Origin: Abditibacteriaceae bacterium
Lineage (GTDB): Bacteria > Armatimonadota > Abditibacteriia > Abditibacteriales > Abditibacteriaceae
Direction of reading: 5' to 3'
Length of the DNA: 64,000 nt
Assembly: GCA_031372065.1 (NCBI GenBank)
Contig: JANMKN010000244.1
Location: 21,415-85,414, forward strand
Below, in pieces: positions 50,953-60,138 of this stretch (position 1 is its first letter; every line of letters begins with the position of its first letter). Made by a program: the position numbers and the translations under genes. The notes under the pieces are model-generated. The model did not search any database. It saw only the letters and a program-made list of their open reading frames with translations, and was not told the origin of the DNA.

Positions 50953-51890
50953 ACGGATTTTTTGGCGGTTTTATTATCACATTCTTCGGAATGTTCATCG
51001 CGCTACCGATTATGGCAGCCTGTTCGCGGGCGTTCGGCGTTTACACCATCGTCGAAGAAGGCCGTTGCCATGTTTATGTGCTGTTTGGAAAAGTCATCGC
51101 CATCCTGGACGAGCCGGGATTATATTTTTTGTGGGCCAAGATGGGTTTGCGTGGTTTGATCGTCAATTGGCTTGGCCGCTGCCATGTCATAGATATGCGT
51201 CTTGATCAGCAGTATCTGCGCAGCCAAGCGGTCAACTCCGAAGAAGGCGCGCCGATGGGCATTGGCATCTGGTATGAAATGTATATCAGTGACCCGGTGT
51301 CTTACATCTTCAAGAACGCCGACCCGCAAGGCTCATTGGCTGCCAACGTCAGCAACACCACCGTGCGTTGCTTGAGTAATATGCCACTGGCGGATATGTT
51401 GGAAACGCGCCATAAAATGAGTCAGGCCGTGCGCCATGAGGTGTCTCCCAAATCGCATGAATGGGGCTATCGTCTTGGCTCTGTTTACATTCGCAAAGTC
51501 CACTTTCGCGACGAAGGAATGATACGTCAAATCGAAGAGAAAGTCGTCAACCGTCTGCGGCAGGTAACGTCGGCCATCAAGCAGGACGGCGCGAATCAGG
51601 TCAGTATTATTACCAGCACCGCAGACCGGCAGGCCGCTGTTGAATTCGCCAAAGCCAAAGCCATGCGCCCATTGATCGTCGGCTCCATGTTGCACAAAAT
51701 TTCGGAAGACCCTGAAGTGGTCAACGTCATGTTTGAGCTTCTGGAAACGCAAAGCCTGCTTGAAAGTGAGGCACGCATCACTTTAGTGCCGACAAAAGGC
51801 GAATTACTCACTCAGCTTCTGACCGCTGATGCCGCACAAACCTCAAACGCAGCTTGGATTTCCCAAGCATTTGACAGCAAGCCAAAATGA
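50949..51890 (+). CDS. SPFH/Band 7 domain protein
   Basis: N-terminal TM, LFGKV..LDEPGL, IDMR, WGYRLGSVYI; ATGA overlap with partner. Confidence 0.8.
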   Translation: MNGFFGGFIITFFGMFIALPIMAACSRAFGVYTIVEEGRCHVYVLFGKVIAILDEPGLYFLWAKMGLRGLIVNWLGRCHVIDMRLDQQYLRSQAVNSEEGAPMGIGIWYEMYISDPVSYIFKNADPQGSLAANVSNTTVRCLSNMPLADMLETRHKMSQAVRHEVSPKSHEWGYRLGSVYIRKVHFRDEGMIRQIEEKVVNRLRQVTSAIKQDGANQVSIITSTADRQAAVEFAKAKAMRPLIVGSMLHKISEDPEVVNVMFELLETQSLLESEARITLVPTKGELLTQLLTADAAQTSNAAWISQAFDSKPK

Positions 51891-51901
51891 TAGCTTAAGT
51901 T

Positions 51902-52041
51902 GCCCCTATAATCTCCCACCCGTAAACGAGTGGGCTGAAATCAGCAAAAAGCCTCGTGAACGAGGCTGGACTTGCTATGTTGAGCCTCGTTCACGAGGCT
52001 TTTGAAGGTTCAGCCCACTCGTTTACGGGGACAATAGGGGC
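51902..52041. repeat. REP/REPIN-like nested inverted repeat between convergent genes
   Basis: Perfect 21-bp arms 51919-51939 and 52009-52029; inner arms 51947-51967 and 51983-52003, each an AGCCTCG-N4-CGAGGCT hairpin. Confidence 0.85.
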
Positions 52042-52043
52042 TT

Positions 52044-53066
52044 TTATCGGACTAACGGCTGACGGAAAGAGCGCTCCACTGTGTCGTTGGGGTCGGTAGA
52101 AACTGGGCTGTCGCGCCACAGCCAGCGCATCATTTCTGGCAAAATCGCGCCGCCGAATTTTTGGCCGTGCAAGTTCATGCCCCACGAATAATTCACGTCG
52201 TAGCCTTTTTCTGTGAGTGCCTTCATCAAGCGCACGTTTTGCAAAAACCAGTCGCGCGTTTCGTCATAAACGCCGTTGCGTAGGCCGCGATTGTCGTTGC
52301 GGCCATCGCAAAGGTAAACGCGCAGCGGCTTTTTTTCGCTGGCTAACACGCGTTCGGGATAAACATGACCGCCGCGCAAATTGACGAAACTGCCGACGTT
52401 ACTCAGCACTTTGCGGAATTGGTTCGGACGCTCCCACGCCACCGTGAAAGCCGCAATCGCCCCCGAACTTGACCCGCCGATGCCGTGCATCTCCGGGTCT
52501 TGGGAACTGTTGTATTCCTGATACAGCGCAGGAAGCAGTTCTTCGGTGACGACCCGCGCGTATTTATCATCTAAGGTGTTGTATTCGGTGGGGCGATTAG
52601 TGGTGCCATCGCCCCAGTTCGAGGGCGTTGGCTCTGGTTGTTCGGGTGTGCGGCCCGGATTGATGAAAACACCGATCATAACCGGAATTTCGCGCCGATA
52701 AATCAGATTGTCCATCACATTTTGGGCGCGCATATCGCCGGTTTCGTTTTTGAAGGCTTGTCCGTCCTGAAACACCATCAAAGCGGCAGGCACCGCCGCA
52801 TCATATTGGGCGGGCACATAAACCCAATAAGTGTGCTGCGTTCCGGGATAAACGGTGCTGGGCAGCGTGAACGGCCCTTTGATGACGCCTTTGGGCACGC
52901 CGTCTTGAGGCAGCGAATCCGGCCCCAAACGGTATTGCGAATCTGGATTGGGGGCCAAAGGTGCCTGTGCGTGCGCTTTCGGCACGGCCCCGGCCCCGAT
53001 AAGTGCTGCCAAACCCCAAAAAATGGTGTAATTTGCTGCTTTTTTCATGCGAAATTCCTCTTTCAA
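52044..53066 (-). CDS. Secreted putative esterase (Fes/CE1-like alpha/beta hydrolase)
   Basis: [25 protein letters not shown]. Confidence 0.85.
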   Translation of the reverse strand: MKEEFRMKKAANYTIFWGLAALIGAGAVPKAHAQAPLAPNPDSQYRLGPDSLPQDGVPKGVIKGPFTLPSTVYPGTQHTYWVYVPAQYDAAVPAALMVFQDGQAFKNETGDMRAQNVMDNLIYRREIPVMIGVFINPGRTPEQPEPTPSNWGDGTTNRPTEYNTLDDKYARVVTEELLPALYQEYNSSQDPEMHGIGGSSSGAIAAFTVAWERPNQFRKVLSNVGSFVNLRGGHVYPERVLASEKKPLRVYLCDGRNDNRGLRNGVYDETRDWFLQNVRLMKALTEKGYDVNYSWGMNLHGQKFGGAILPEMMRWLWRDSPVSTDPNDTVERSFRQPLVR

Positions 53067-53153
53067 AGCTGGTTAATCATTATACCCGCCGCGCGGCCAC
53101 AGATTGCAGATCAAGTCTGCGGACAACGATTTATCAAAATTGTCTATCAAAAT

Positions 53154-53381
53154 GCCCTCATTCTCGCGGGAATGGCCTTCGCGGGCTTCCCGGTTGCCTC
53201 CATTCTCGCGGGAATAGCCTTCGCGGGCTTCCCGGTTGCCTCTATCCCCGCAGGGATGGGGGTAACGGGAAGTCCGGCGGCTTCATCCCCGCGAGAATAG
53301 GGGCGCCGGGGAAGCCGGTTGCCTCTATCCCCGCGGGGATAGAGGCAACCGGGAAGCAAAATGCCTCCATCCCCGCGAGAA
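53154..53381. repeat. About 5.5 copies of a ~42-bp palindromic tandem repeat
   Basis: Units start at 53154, 53196, 53238, 53280, 53321, 53363; perfect 38-bp palindrome at 53315-53352. Confidence 0.88.
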
Positions 53382-53482
53382 CGGACGACTTTAGATTGAT
53401 TTCGCTATTCGTTTCCATCGTCAGGCAACAACTTCAAAGCACAGGCAAAGTCATATCTTGCGCTTGGCAGAACCAAAAACTC

Positions 53483-54841
53483 ATGAAGAAAGATTTTACG
53501 CTCATAACTTTGGCCGCAACGATTCTCTGCGGCCCAAATGTGCAGGCGCAAACAACCACGCAGCAAGATCACGAGCGAATGCTGGGGCTGTTGGGCATCA
53601 CGGCGCTGCGTCCGGGGCCAAGCGGCAATCCCAAAGCGCCCAATGCCGCCAACAGCGACGAAACCAAGGCGAATCCTTATGCGAATTTGCCTGATCCCTT
53701 GGTGTTGAAAGATGGTCGCAAAGTCACAAGCGCCGAACTCTGGTGGAATGTGCGGCGCCCCGAAATCGTCGAGGACTTCAACCGCGAAGTCTATGGTCGC
53801 GTGCCGGAAAACTTGCCCAAGGTGAACTGGGAATTGACGGGCACCACCAAAGAAATCAACGGCGATGTGCCCGTTATCACCAAACAACTGATAGGCCACG
53901 TTGATAACGCCGCCTACCCGCTCCTCAAGGTGGACATTGGGCTGACTTTGACCACGCCCGCCAACGCTACCGGCGCGGTGCCCGTCATGATGACCTTCAG
54001 CTTCAATTTCCCGCAAGGTGGCAGGCCAAATGGCGCCCCTAATGGCGCTCCGGCAGGCACCACTTGGCAACAGCAAGTCCTCGCGAAAGGCTGGGGCTAC
54101 GCTGTTCTCGTCCCGACCAGCTATCAGGCCGATAACGGCGCGGGCCTAACGCAAGGTATTATCGGTTTGGCGAACAAAGGACAGCCGCGCAAAGTGGATG
54201 ATTGGGGCACTTTGCGCGCGTGGGCGTGGGGCGCGAGCCGCGCGATAGATTATTTCGAGACGGATAAAGCCGTGGATGCGGCCCAAGTCGGCATTGAAGG
54301 ACTCTCGCGTTATGGAAAAGCGGCCCTTGTCACGATGGCGTTTGAACCGCGTCTCGCCATTGGCCTTATCGCCTCGTCGGGCGAAGGCGGCGCCAAATTG
54401 CACCGCCGCAACTTCGGCGAAATGATCGAAAACGTGGCCTCGTCGGGTGAATATCACTGGATGGCAGGCAATTTCATCAAATACGCGGGGCCTTTGAGCG
54501 CGAACGATTTGCCCGTAGATTCGCACGAACTCATTGCGCTCTGCGCGCCGCGCCCCGTATTTATTAGCGTCGGATCGCCGCTGGTGGAAGGCAATTGGAT
54601 AGATGGCCGGGGCCAGTTCATGGCGCAAGTCGCCGCCGGGCCTGTCTATAAACTGCTGGGCAAAAGCGATTTGGGCACTGCGGAAATGCCATCCATAGAA
54701 ACACCACTGATTGACGGCGATTTGGCCTTTCGCCAGCATAGCGGCGGCCATACTACCGGCCCAAATTGGCCCACGTTTCTGACTTTTGCCAGCCGTTATA
54801 TAAAAGGGCTACCCACGCAACCAGCCACAAACGCGCCCTGA
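53483..54841 (+). CDS. CE15 glucuronoyl-esterase-like protein
   Basis: Signal peptide from ATG 53483; WGTLRAWAWGASR, EGLSRYGKA, DSHELIALCAPRP, HSGGH. Confidence 0.85.
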   Translation: MKKDFTLITLAATILCGPNVQAQTTTQQDHERMLGLLGITALRPGPSGNPKAPNAANSDETKANPYANLPDPLVLKDGRKVTSAELWWNVRRPEIVEDFNREVYGRVPENLPKVNWELTGTTKEINGDVPVITKQLIGHVDNAAYPLLKVDIGLTLTTPANATGAVPVMMTFSFNFPQGGRPNGAPNGAPAGTTWQQQVLAKGWGYAVLVPTSYQADNGAGLTQGIIGLANKGQPRKVDDWGTLRAWAWGASRAIDYFETDKAVDAAQVGIEGLSRYGKAALVTMAFEPRLAIGLIASSGEGGAKLHRRNFGEMIENVASSGEYHWMAGNFIKYAGPLSANDLPVDSHELIALCAPRPVFISVGSPLVEGNWIDGRGQFMAQVAAGPVYKLLGKSDLGTAEMPSIETPLIDGDLAFRQHSGGHTTGPNWPTFLTFASRYIKGLPTQPATNAP

Positions 54842-54851
54842 AAACATTATT

Positions 54852-57362
54852 TTGCAAATGAAACGAAGTCTTACCTTGTTACAAGAACCTAAAAGTCCCA
54901 AATGGCTGCCTGCAATCGGCGCCATTGTGCTGGGTAGCGGATTGTTTTCGGGCGTCGCGCTTTATGCCGCCGCGCCCGAAAAGGCGCGCTATGTGCCGCT
55001 CAAACCGTCGCCCACAACAAAGCCAGCTTCGGCAAATCCAGCCAGCGGCGCTGTTAAAATCGCTCCCAAAACCACTTCCCTGCCCGCTAAACCAATTGCG
55101 GCCAAACCCAATTTCGAGCGTGATGTGGCGCCGATGGTGAAGCAGTATTGCTTGTCGTGTCATAGCGGCGCTGATGCTGCGGCGGGGCTTGCGCTTGATG
55201 ATTTGAAAGCGGCGGGCGTGCTGAAAGATCGTCATGTTTGGGAATTGGTGGCTCAAAATGTCGAATCGGGGCATATGCCCCCCAAAAACAAACCCGCCCC
55301 GACGCGCGTTCAGCGAGATCGCTTGGTGGAATGGATTCAAGGCACGCTAACCGCCGTGGATTGCCAAATCAAAGACCCCGGCCAAGTGACTCTGCACCGC
55401 TTGAATCGCGCCGAATACAACAATACCATTCGCGATTTGGTGGGCGTGGATTTCAAACCCGCCGCCGATTTCCCCTCGGACGATGTGGGCTATGGCTTCG
55501 ATAATATCGGTGATGTGCTTTCGATTTCGCCGCTGCTGATTGAAAAGTATTTCAACGCCGCCGAGCAAATCACGGAAAAAGCCATTGTGCTTCCCGATGT
55601 GAAAACTGTGCGCTTCAACGCTGACAAACTCGAAGGCAACGACGACAATGGCGGCGACGGCGGCAATGTGCTTTTGGGCGTCACCGGCAGCACCGCCGCA
55701 GTGGATTACGATTTTGCCAAAGACGGCAACTATTTGCTGCGTGTGCGTGCTTTCGGCCAGCAATTCGGAAATGAGCCAGTGCGGATGTCATTGCAGCTTG
55801 ATGGCAAGGAACTGCGCCTCGTTGATGTAACGGCGGTGGAAAAAGAGCCGCAAAATTTTGAAGAAACCATCACCGTAAAGGCGGGCAAACACAAGCTAAC
55901 GGCGGTTTATACCAACAATTACAAAGTCGTGGACGCGCCCGACCCCAAAGATCGCGGCGACCGCAATTTATTGATTGAGCATTTTGAAATTAAGGGGCCG
56001 TTGGGCGAACCGCAACTGCCGGAATCGCATCGGCGGCTGATTTTTCAAAAGCCCACAGCGGAAAACAGCGAAGCAACGGCTCGTGTCATTCTGCGCGCCT
56101 TTGCGCGCCGCGCTTTTCGCCGTCCGGTTTTGGACGCCGAAGTCGAACGCATGGTGCGCCCGGTGAATCTGGCGCAAAAGCAGGGCGAAAGTTTTGAGCG
56201 CGGCATTCAGTTGGCGATGCAGGCCATTCTCACCTCGCCGCATTTTTTGTTTCGCGTCGAAACTAATCCCAAAAATGCCAAGGCCGACCCAAAATACGGA
56301 GGTGAGAAAATCGGACTGGTAGACGATTATCAACTCGCGTCGCGCTTGTCGTATTTTCTGTGGAGCAGTATGCCGGACGAGGAATTATTCGATTGTGCGG
56401 CGCGCGGCACCCTAAAAGACCCGGTAGTGCTGGAAAAACAAGTGCGGCGAATGCTCAAAGATGAAAAAGCACAGGCTTTGGCCGATAATTTTGCCAGCCA
56501 ATGGCTGACGCTGCGCAATTTGGACACGGCTGCGCCCGATCCCGATTATTTCCCGGACTTCAACGAGGATTTGCGCACCGCGATGCGTCAGGAAACCTCG
56601 CTGTTTTTTCAAGCCATCGTGCGCGAAGATCGCAGTATCATGGATTTTTTGGACGCCGACTTCACTTATCTCAACGAGCCTCTGGCGAAGCACTACGGCA
56701 TTGCAGGCGTGAGCGGCAGCGAGTTTCGGCGCGTGGTTTTTGATGCCCTGCAAGCCAAACAACGCGGCGGCTTGCTAACGCAGGCCAGTGTGCTGACCGT
56801 CACTTCCAACCCAACGCGCACTTCGCCGGTGAAGCGTGGCAAATGGGTATTGGAAACGATTTTAGGCACGCCGCCACCACCGCCACCACCCAATGTGCCC
56901 GAATTAGTCGAAGCTAAGAAAGAAGCAGCGGCCACTTTCACTACAGTCCGGCAGCGTTTGCAAGAACATCGCAAAAATCCGGCTTGCGCTTCCTGCCATG
57001 CGCGCATGGACCCGATTGGTTTCGGCTTGGAAAACTACGATGCCACCGGCGCATGGCGCACCTTAGATGGAAAAGCGCCACTGGATGCGTCCGGCACTTT
57101 AACCAGTGGCGAATCGTTTCGTGGGCCGACGCAACTGAAAAGCATTCTAAAAGCCAAGAAAAACGAGTTCGCTATGGCTTTATCTGCCAAACTCTTAACT
57201 TATGCGCTGGGACGTGGGCTGGAAGCTCGCGATAAATGCGTGGTTCAGGACATCGCTAAATCGCTGACCAAAAATGATTACCGCTTCTCGGCGTTGGTTG
57301 TGGCTGTGGCGCAAAGCGACCCATTTCGCAAGCGGCGCAGCAACGAAGGAAAAGTTCAATGA
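54852..57362 (+). CDS. DUF1592-family protein with two CxxCH motifs and a CBM60-like insert
   Basis: CLSCH, RLNRAEYNNTIRDL, LASRLSYFLWSSMPD, TSPVKRGKW, CASCH; YTNN...GDRNL insert. Confidence 0.9.
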   Translation: MQMKRSLTLLQEPKSPKWLPAIGAIVLGSGLFSGVALYAAAPEKARYVPLKPSPTTKPASANPASGAVKIAPKTTSLPAKPIAAKPNFERDVAPMVKQYCLSCHSGADAAAGLALDDLKAAGVLKDRHVWELVAQNVESGHMPPKNKPAPTRVQRDRLVEWIQGTLTAVDCQIKDPGQVTLHRLNRAEYNNTIRDLVGVDFKPAADFPSDDVGYGFDNIGDVLSISPLLIEKYFNAAEQITEKAIVLPDVKTVRFNADKLEGNDDNGGDGGNVLLGVTGSTAAVDYDFAKDGNYLLRVRAFGQQFGNEPVRMSLQLDGKELRLVDVTAVEKEPQNFEETITVKAGKHKLTAVYTNNYKVVDAPDPKDRGDRNLLIEHFEIKGPLGEPQLPESHRRLIFQKPTAENSEATARVILRAFARRAFRRPVLDAEVERMVRPVNLAQKQGESFERGIQLAMQAILTSPHFLFRVETNPKNAKADPKYGGEKIGLVDDYQLASRLSYFLWSSMPDEELFDCAARGTLKDPVVLEKQVRRMLKDEKAQALADNFASQWLTLRNLDTAAPDPDYFPDFNEDLRTAMRQETSLFFQAIVREDRSIMDFLDADFTYLNEPLAKHYGIAGVSGSEFRRVVFDALQAKQRGGLLTQASVLTVTSNPTRTSPVKRGKWVLETILGTPPPPPPPNVPELVEAKKEAAATFTTVRQRLQEHRKNPACASCHARMDPIGFGLENYDATGAWRTLDGKAPLDASGTLTSGESFRGPTQLKSILKAKKNEFAMALSAKLLTYALGRGLEARDKCVVQDIAKSLTKNDYRFSALVVAVAQSDPFRKRRSNEGKVQ

Positions 57363-58714
57363 GTAGACAAATCGCACGACGCAAATTTTTGCGTGGCGTC
57401 GGAACCGCCATGTCTTTGCCGCTGTTGGAGGGAATGCTGCCGCTTCGCGCTCTGGCGCAATCGGAAAAATCCGCTGCCGCCCAGAAAATCATTCGCCCCA
57501 ATCGCATGATGTTTTGCTTTGTGCCCAACGGAATGCATATGGCCGATTGGACGCCGACTTCCGAAGGCGCTTTTGAGTTGCCGTGGATCATGGAGCCGCT
57601 CAAAAATGTCAAGGAGAATCTAACAGTTTTGTCGGGTTTGGCGCAGCATAACGCCTTTGCTTTGGGCGATGGTGGCGGCGATCATGCGCGTTCGACAGCG
57701 ACTTTTCTCACCGGCGTTCACGTCAAGAAAACCGATGGCGCTGACATCAAAGGCGGCATTTCGGTAGACCAATTGGCAGCGCAGCAAGTCGGAAATTTGA
57801 CGAAGTTTCCGTCGTTGGAAGTGGGCATCGAACGGGGCCGTCAAGCGGGCAGTTGCGACACAGGTTATAGCTGCGCTTATTCGTCCAGCATTTCTTGGCG
57901 TTCGGAATCTACGCCTGTCGCCAAGGAAACCAATCCTCGTTTGGTTTTTGAGCGCTTATTTGGCAACGGCGAAGCCTTAGAAGAAGCCGCCAGCCGCCAG
58001 CGCCGTGAACTGTATAAAAAGAGCATTCTCGATTTTGTTTTGGAAGATGCCAACAGCCTGAAAGCACAACTGAACACGCGCGATCAACAAAAGTTGGACG
58101 AGTATTTCACCGGCGTGCGCGAAATAGAACAACGCCTCAATCGTGTCGAAAAAGAATCAGAGAGCAATGTGCCGCTTTCGGCCAAGCCATCGGGCATTCC
58201 GCAAGACCCCGGCGAGCATATTCGCTTGATGAGCGACATGGTTGTTCTGGCGATGCAGGCCGATTTAACGCGCATTTCCACCTTTATGTTCGCCAACGAT
58301 GGCAGCAATCGCAGCTACCGCAACATCGGCATTTCTGAAGGGCATCACGAACTGTCGCATCATGGCCGCGATCCGGTGAAACAAGAGAAAATTCGCCAAA
58401 TCAATCGTTTCCACATCACACAATTGGCTTATATGCTGGAAAAAATGAAGTCCATCCCCGAAGGTGAAGGCACATTACTCGACAACTCGATGATCGTTTT
58501 CGGCGCTGGAATCAGCGATGGCGACCGCCATAACCACAATGATTTGCCGATCTTGCTCGCGGGCGGCGGCGCGGGCACATTGAAAACCGGACGACATATT
58601 CGCTACGAAAAAGACACGCCGCTCAACAACCTGTTTTTGGCGATGCTTGACCGCGTTGGCGTGCGCGCCGACACCTTAGGCGATAGCACAGGCCGTTTGG
58701 AACAATTGTTTTAA
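57359..58714 (+). CDS. DUF1552 (HXXSHH) protein with Tat-like signal
   Basis: RRKFLRG, CDTGYSCAY, GHHELSHH, DGDRHNHNDLP. Confidence 0.92.
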   Translation: MSRQIARRKFLRGVGTAMSLPLLEGMLPLRALAQSEKSAAAQKIIRPNRMMFCFVPNGMHMADWTPTSEGAFELPWIMEPLKNVKENLTVLSGLAQHNAFALGDGGGDHARSTATFLTGVHVKKTDGADIKGGISVDQLAAQQVGNLTKFPSLEVGIERGRQAGSCDTGYSCAYSSSISWRSESTPVAKETNPRLVFERLFGNGEALEEAASRQRRELYKKSILDFVLEDANSLKAQLNTRDQQKLDEYFTGVREIEQRLNRVEKESESNVPLSAKPSGIPQDPGEHIRLMSDMVVLAMQADLTRISTFMFANDGSNRSYRNIGISEGHHELSHHGRDPVKQEKIRQINRFHITQLAYMLEKMKSIPEGEGTLLDNSMIVFGAGISDGDRHNHNDLPILLAGGGAGTLKTGRHIRYEKDTPLNNLFLAMLDRVGVRADTLGDSTGRLEQLF

Positions 58715-58737
58715 ATCTTAAACTCTCAAAAACGATT

Positions 58738-59745
58738 ATGAAAGCACTTCTCCCTGCGCTGCTTCTGCTTGCCACTGTTCCCTGTTTGGGCCAAACGGCG
58801 ACGACGACGGCACCCAACAACACGCCCGCAAACGGCCCTTTTCAGCCGCAGCTTATCGCTCCCGGCGGCATCATTTTGCCGCTTTACGCGCCAACTTCGC
58901 CTTTGCTCAAGCAAGAGCGCATTAACGAAGCCGAGAAATACAACACAGCTACCAGCGGCAAAGGGCCGATTACGAATGTCATTAATATTCATAATCCGTC
59001 CATCGAAGTTCATCTCGCGGCTGACCGCACTCTTAATGGCGCGGCTGTTATCGTCGCGCCCGGTGGCGGGCATAAAATTCTCTGGGTTGGCCCCGAAGGT
59101 GCCGATTATGCGCCCTTTTTCGACAAAATTGGCGTTTCGACCATCATTTTGCGCAACCGCCTACGAGTTGACGGCTACGAACCAACAACCGACGCGGTAA
59201 ACGACGCTTTTCAGGCCATTCGCCTTGTGCGCGCTCATGCTGCCGAGTGGAATCTTGACCCAGCGAAAATTGGCATTATGGGCTTTTCCGCCGGAGCCGA
59301 ACTTTCGGCGCCCACTGCCCTATTTTTTGACGATTTCGCCAAGCAAAATAACGACCCCGCCGACCCACTCGCCAAAGTGTCGCCGCGCCCCGATTTCATC
59401 GGCGTGATTTACCCCGGCCCCACGCCTTTCACCAAAAAACCAGAGACAGCCATTCCCGCCAACGTCCCACCCAGCTTCATCGCGTGCGCGGGTAGCGGCG
59501 ACCGCGTTCATGCTCTGTGGGCAACGGATTATTTCACCGCCATGCTCAAAGCCTCGGTGCCGAACTTGGAAATGCACATTTATGGGCGCGGAGGCCATCC
59601 TATCAGCCCGAAAGAAACCATTCCCGCTGGCAGTTGGCGAGAACGCTTTGTCGAATGGTTTGGCGACCTTGGCTTTCTGGGTCAGCCCGGCACAGAAACC
59701 AAAGCCGCCTCTGAGGTCGCACGCTATGCACAAACGCGAAAGTAA
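58738..59745 (+). CDS. Secreted alpha/beta-hydrolase esterase
   Basis: APGGG, IGIMGFSAG, RPDF, EMHIYGRGGH. Confidence 0.85.
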   Translation: MKALLPALLLLATVPCLGQTATTTAPNNTPANGPFQPQLIAPGGIILPLYAPTSPLLKQERINEAEKYNTATSGKGPITNVINIHNPSIEVHLAADRTLNGAAVIVAPGGGHKILWVGPEGADYAPFFDKIGVSTIILRNRLRVDGYEPTTDAVNDAFQAIRLVRAHAAEWNLDPAKIGIMGFSAGAELSAPTALFFDDFAKQNNDPADPLAKVSPRPDFIGVIYPGPTPFTKKPETAIPANVPPSFIACAGSGDRVHALWATDYFTAMLKASVPNLEMHIYGRGGHPISPKETIPAGSWRERFVEWFGDLGFLGQPGTETKAASEVARYAQTRK

Positions 59746-59778
59746 GAACAATCCGCAGGTGAGACGCCAACAAAAAGG

Positions 59779-60061
59779 GGTCGTGTTTCAGAAATGATGG
59801 GTTGAGTTGAGTGCATGGATGTAGATTTTGATGACAGCTTTGTTCATTTCGAGAGATTTGGAAAAAGAAATGGTTTTGCGCTGCAATCGCTTGAGATGGG
59901 TCTTGACATGGGTGCGGAAGTTGAGGCTTTTGCGTTCGATGCGCTGCGTGCCGTTTTTGCCAATGTGGTAACGTTTGGGGTCAAGGGTTTTGCCATAGCT
60001 TTGCCAATTGTCGGTGGCGAAGTGACGCACCACATCACACGATGCCAATTTCTGGCACAAC
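59779..60061 (-). mobile_element. insB: IS1-family transposase (InsB) 3' remnant with terminal IR
   Basis: TDNWQSY...TQRIER...KRLQRKTISFSKS; stop inside the putative end GGTCGTGTTTCAGAAATG. Confidence 0.82.
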
Positions 60062-60138
60062 TTTAGGGGTTGGGGCAACGCCCCCTACTTACCAGTGCAT
60101 CACGCTCATACGTCGCACTCCTCTTCTATCAGCCAGCG

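Noticed and set aside
53154..53381. CRISPR array (ATCCCCGC resembles type I-E repeats)
   Set aside because: Period is only ~42 bp, the intervening parts are related to each other, and no cas genes are present
53003..53482. 160-aa N-terminal extension of the CE15 ORF
   Set aside because: It is read-through of the repeat array and overlaps the divergent gene; the signal peptide starts at 53483
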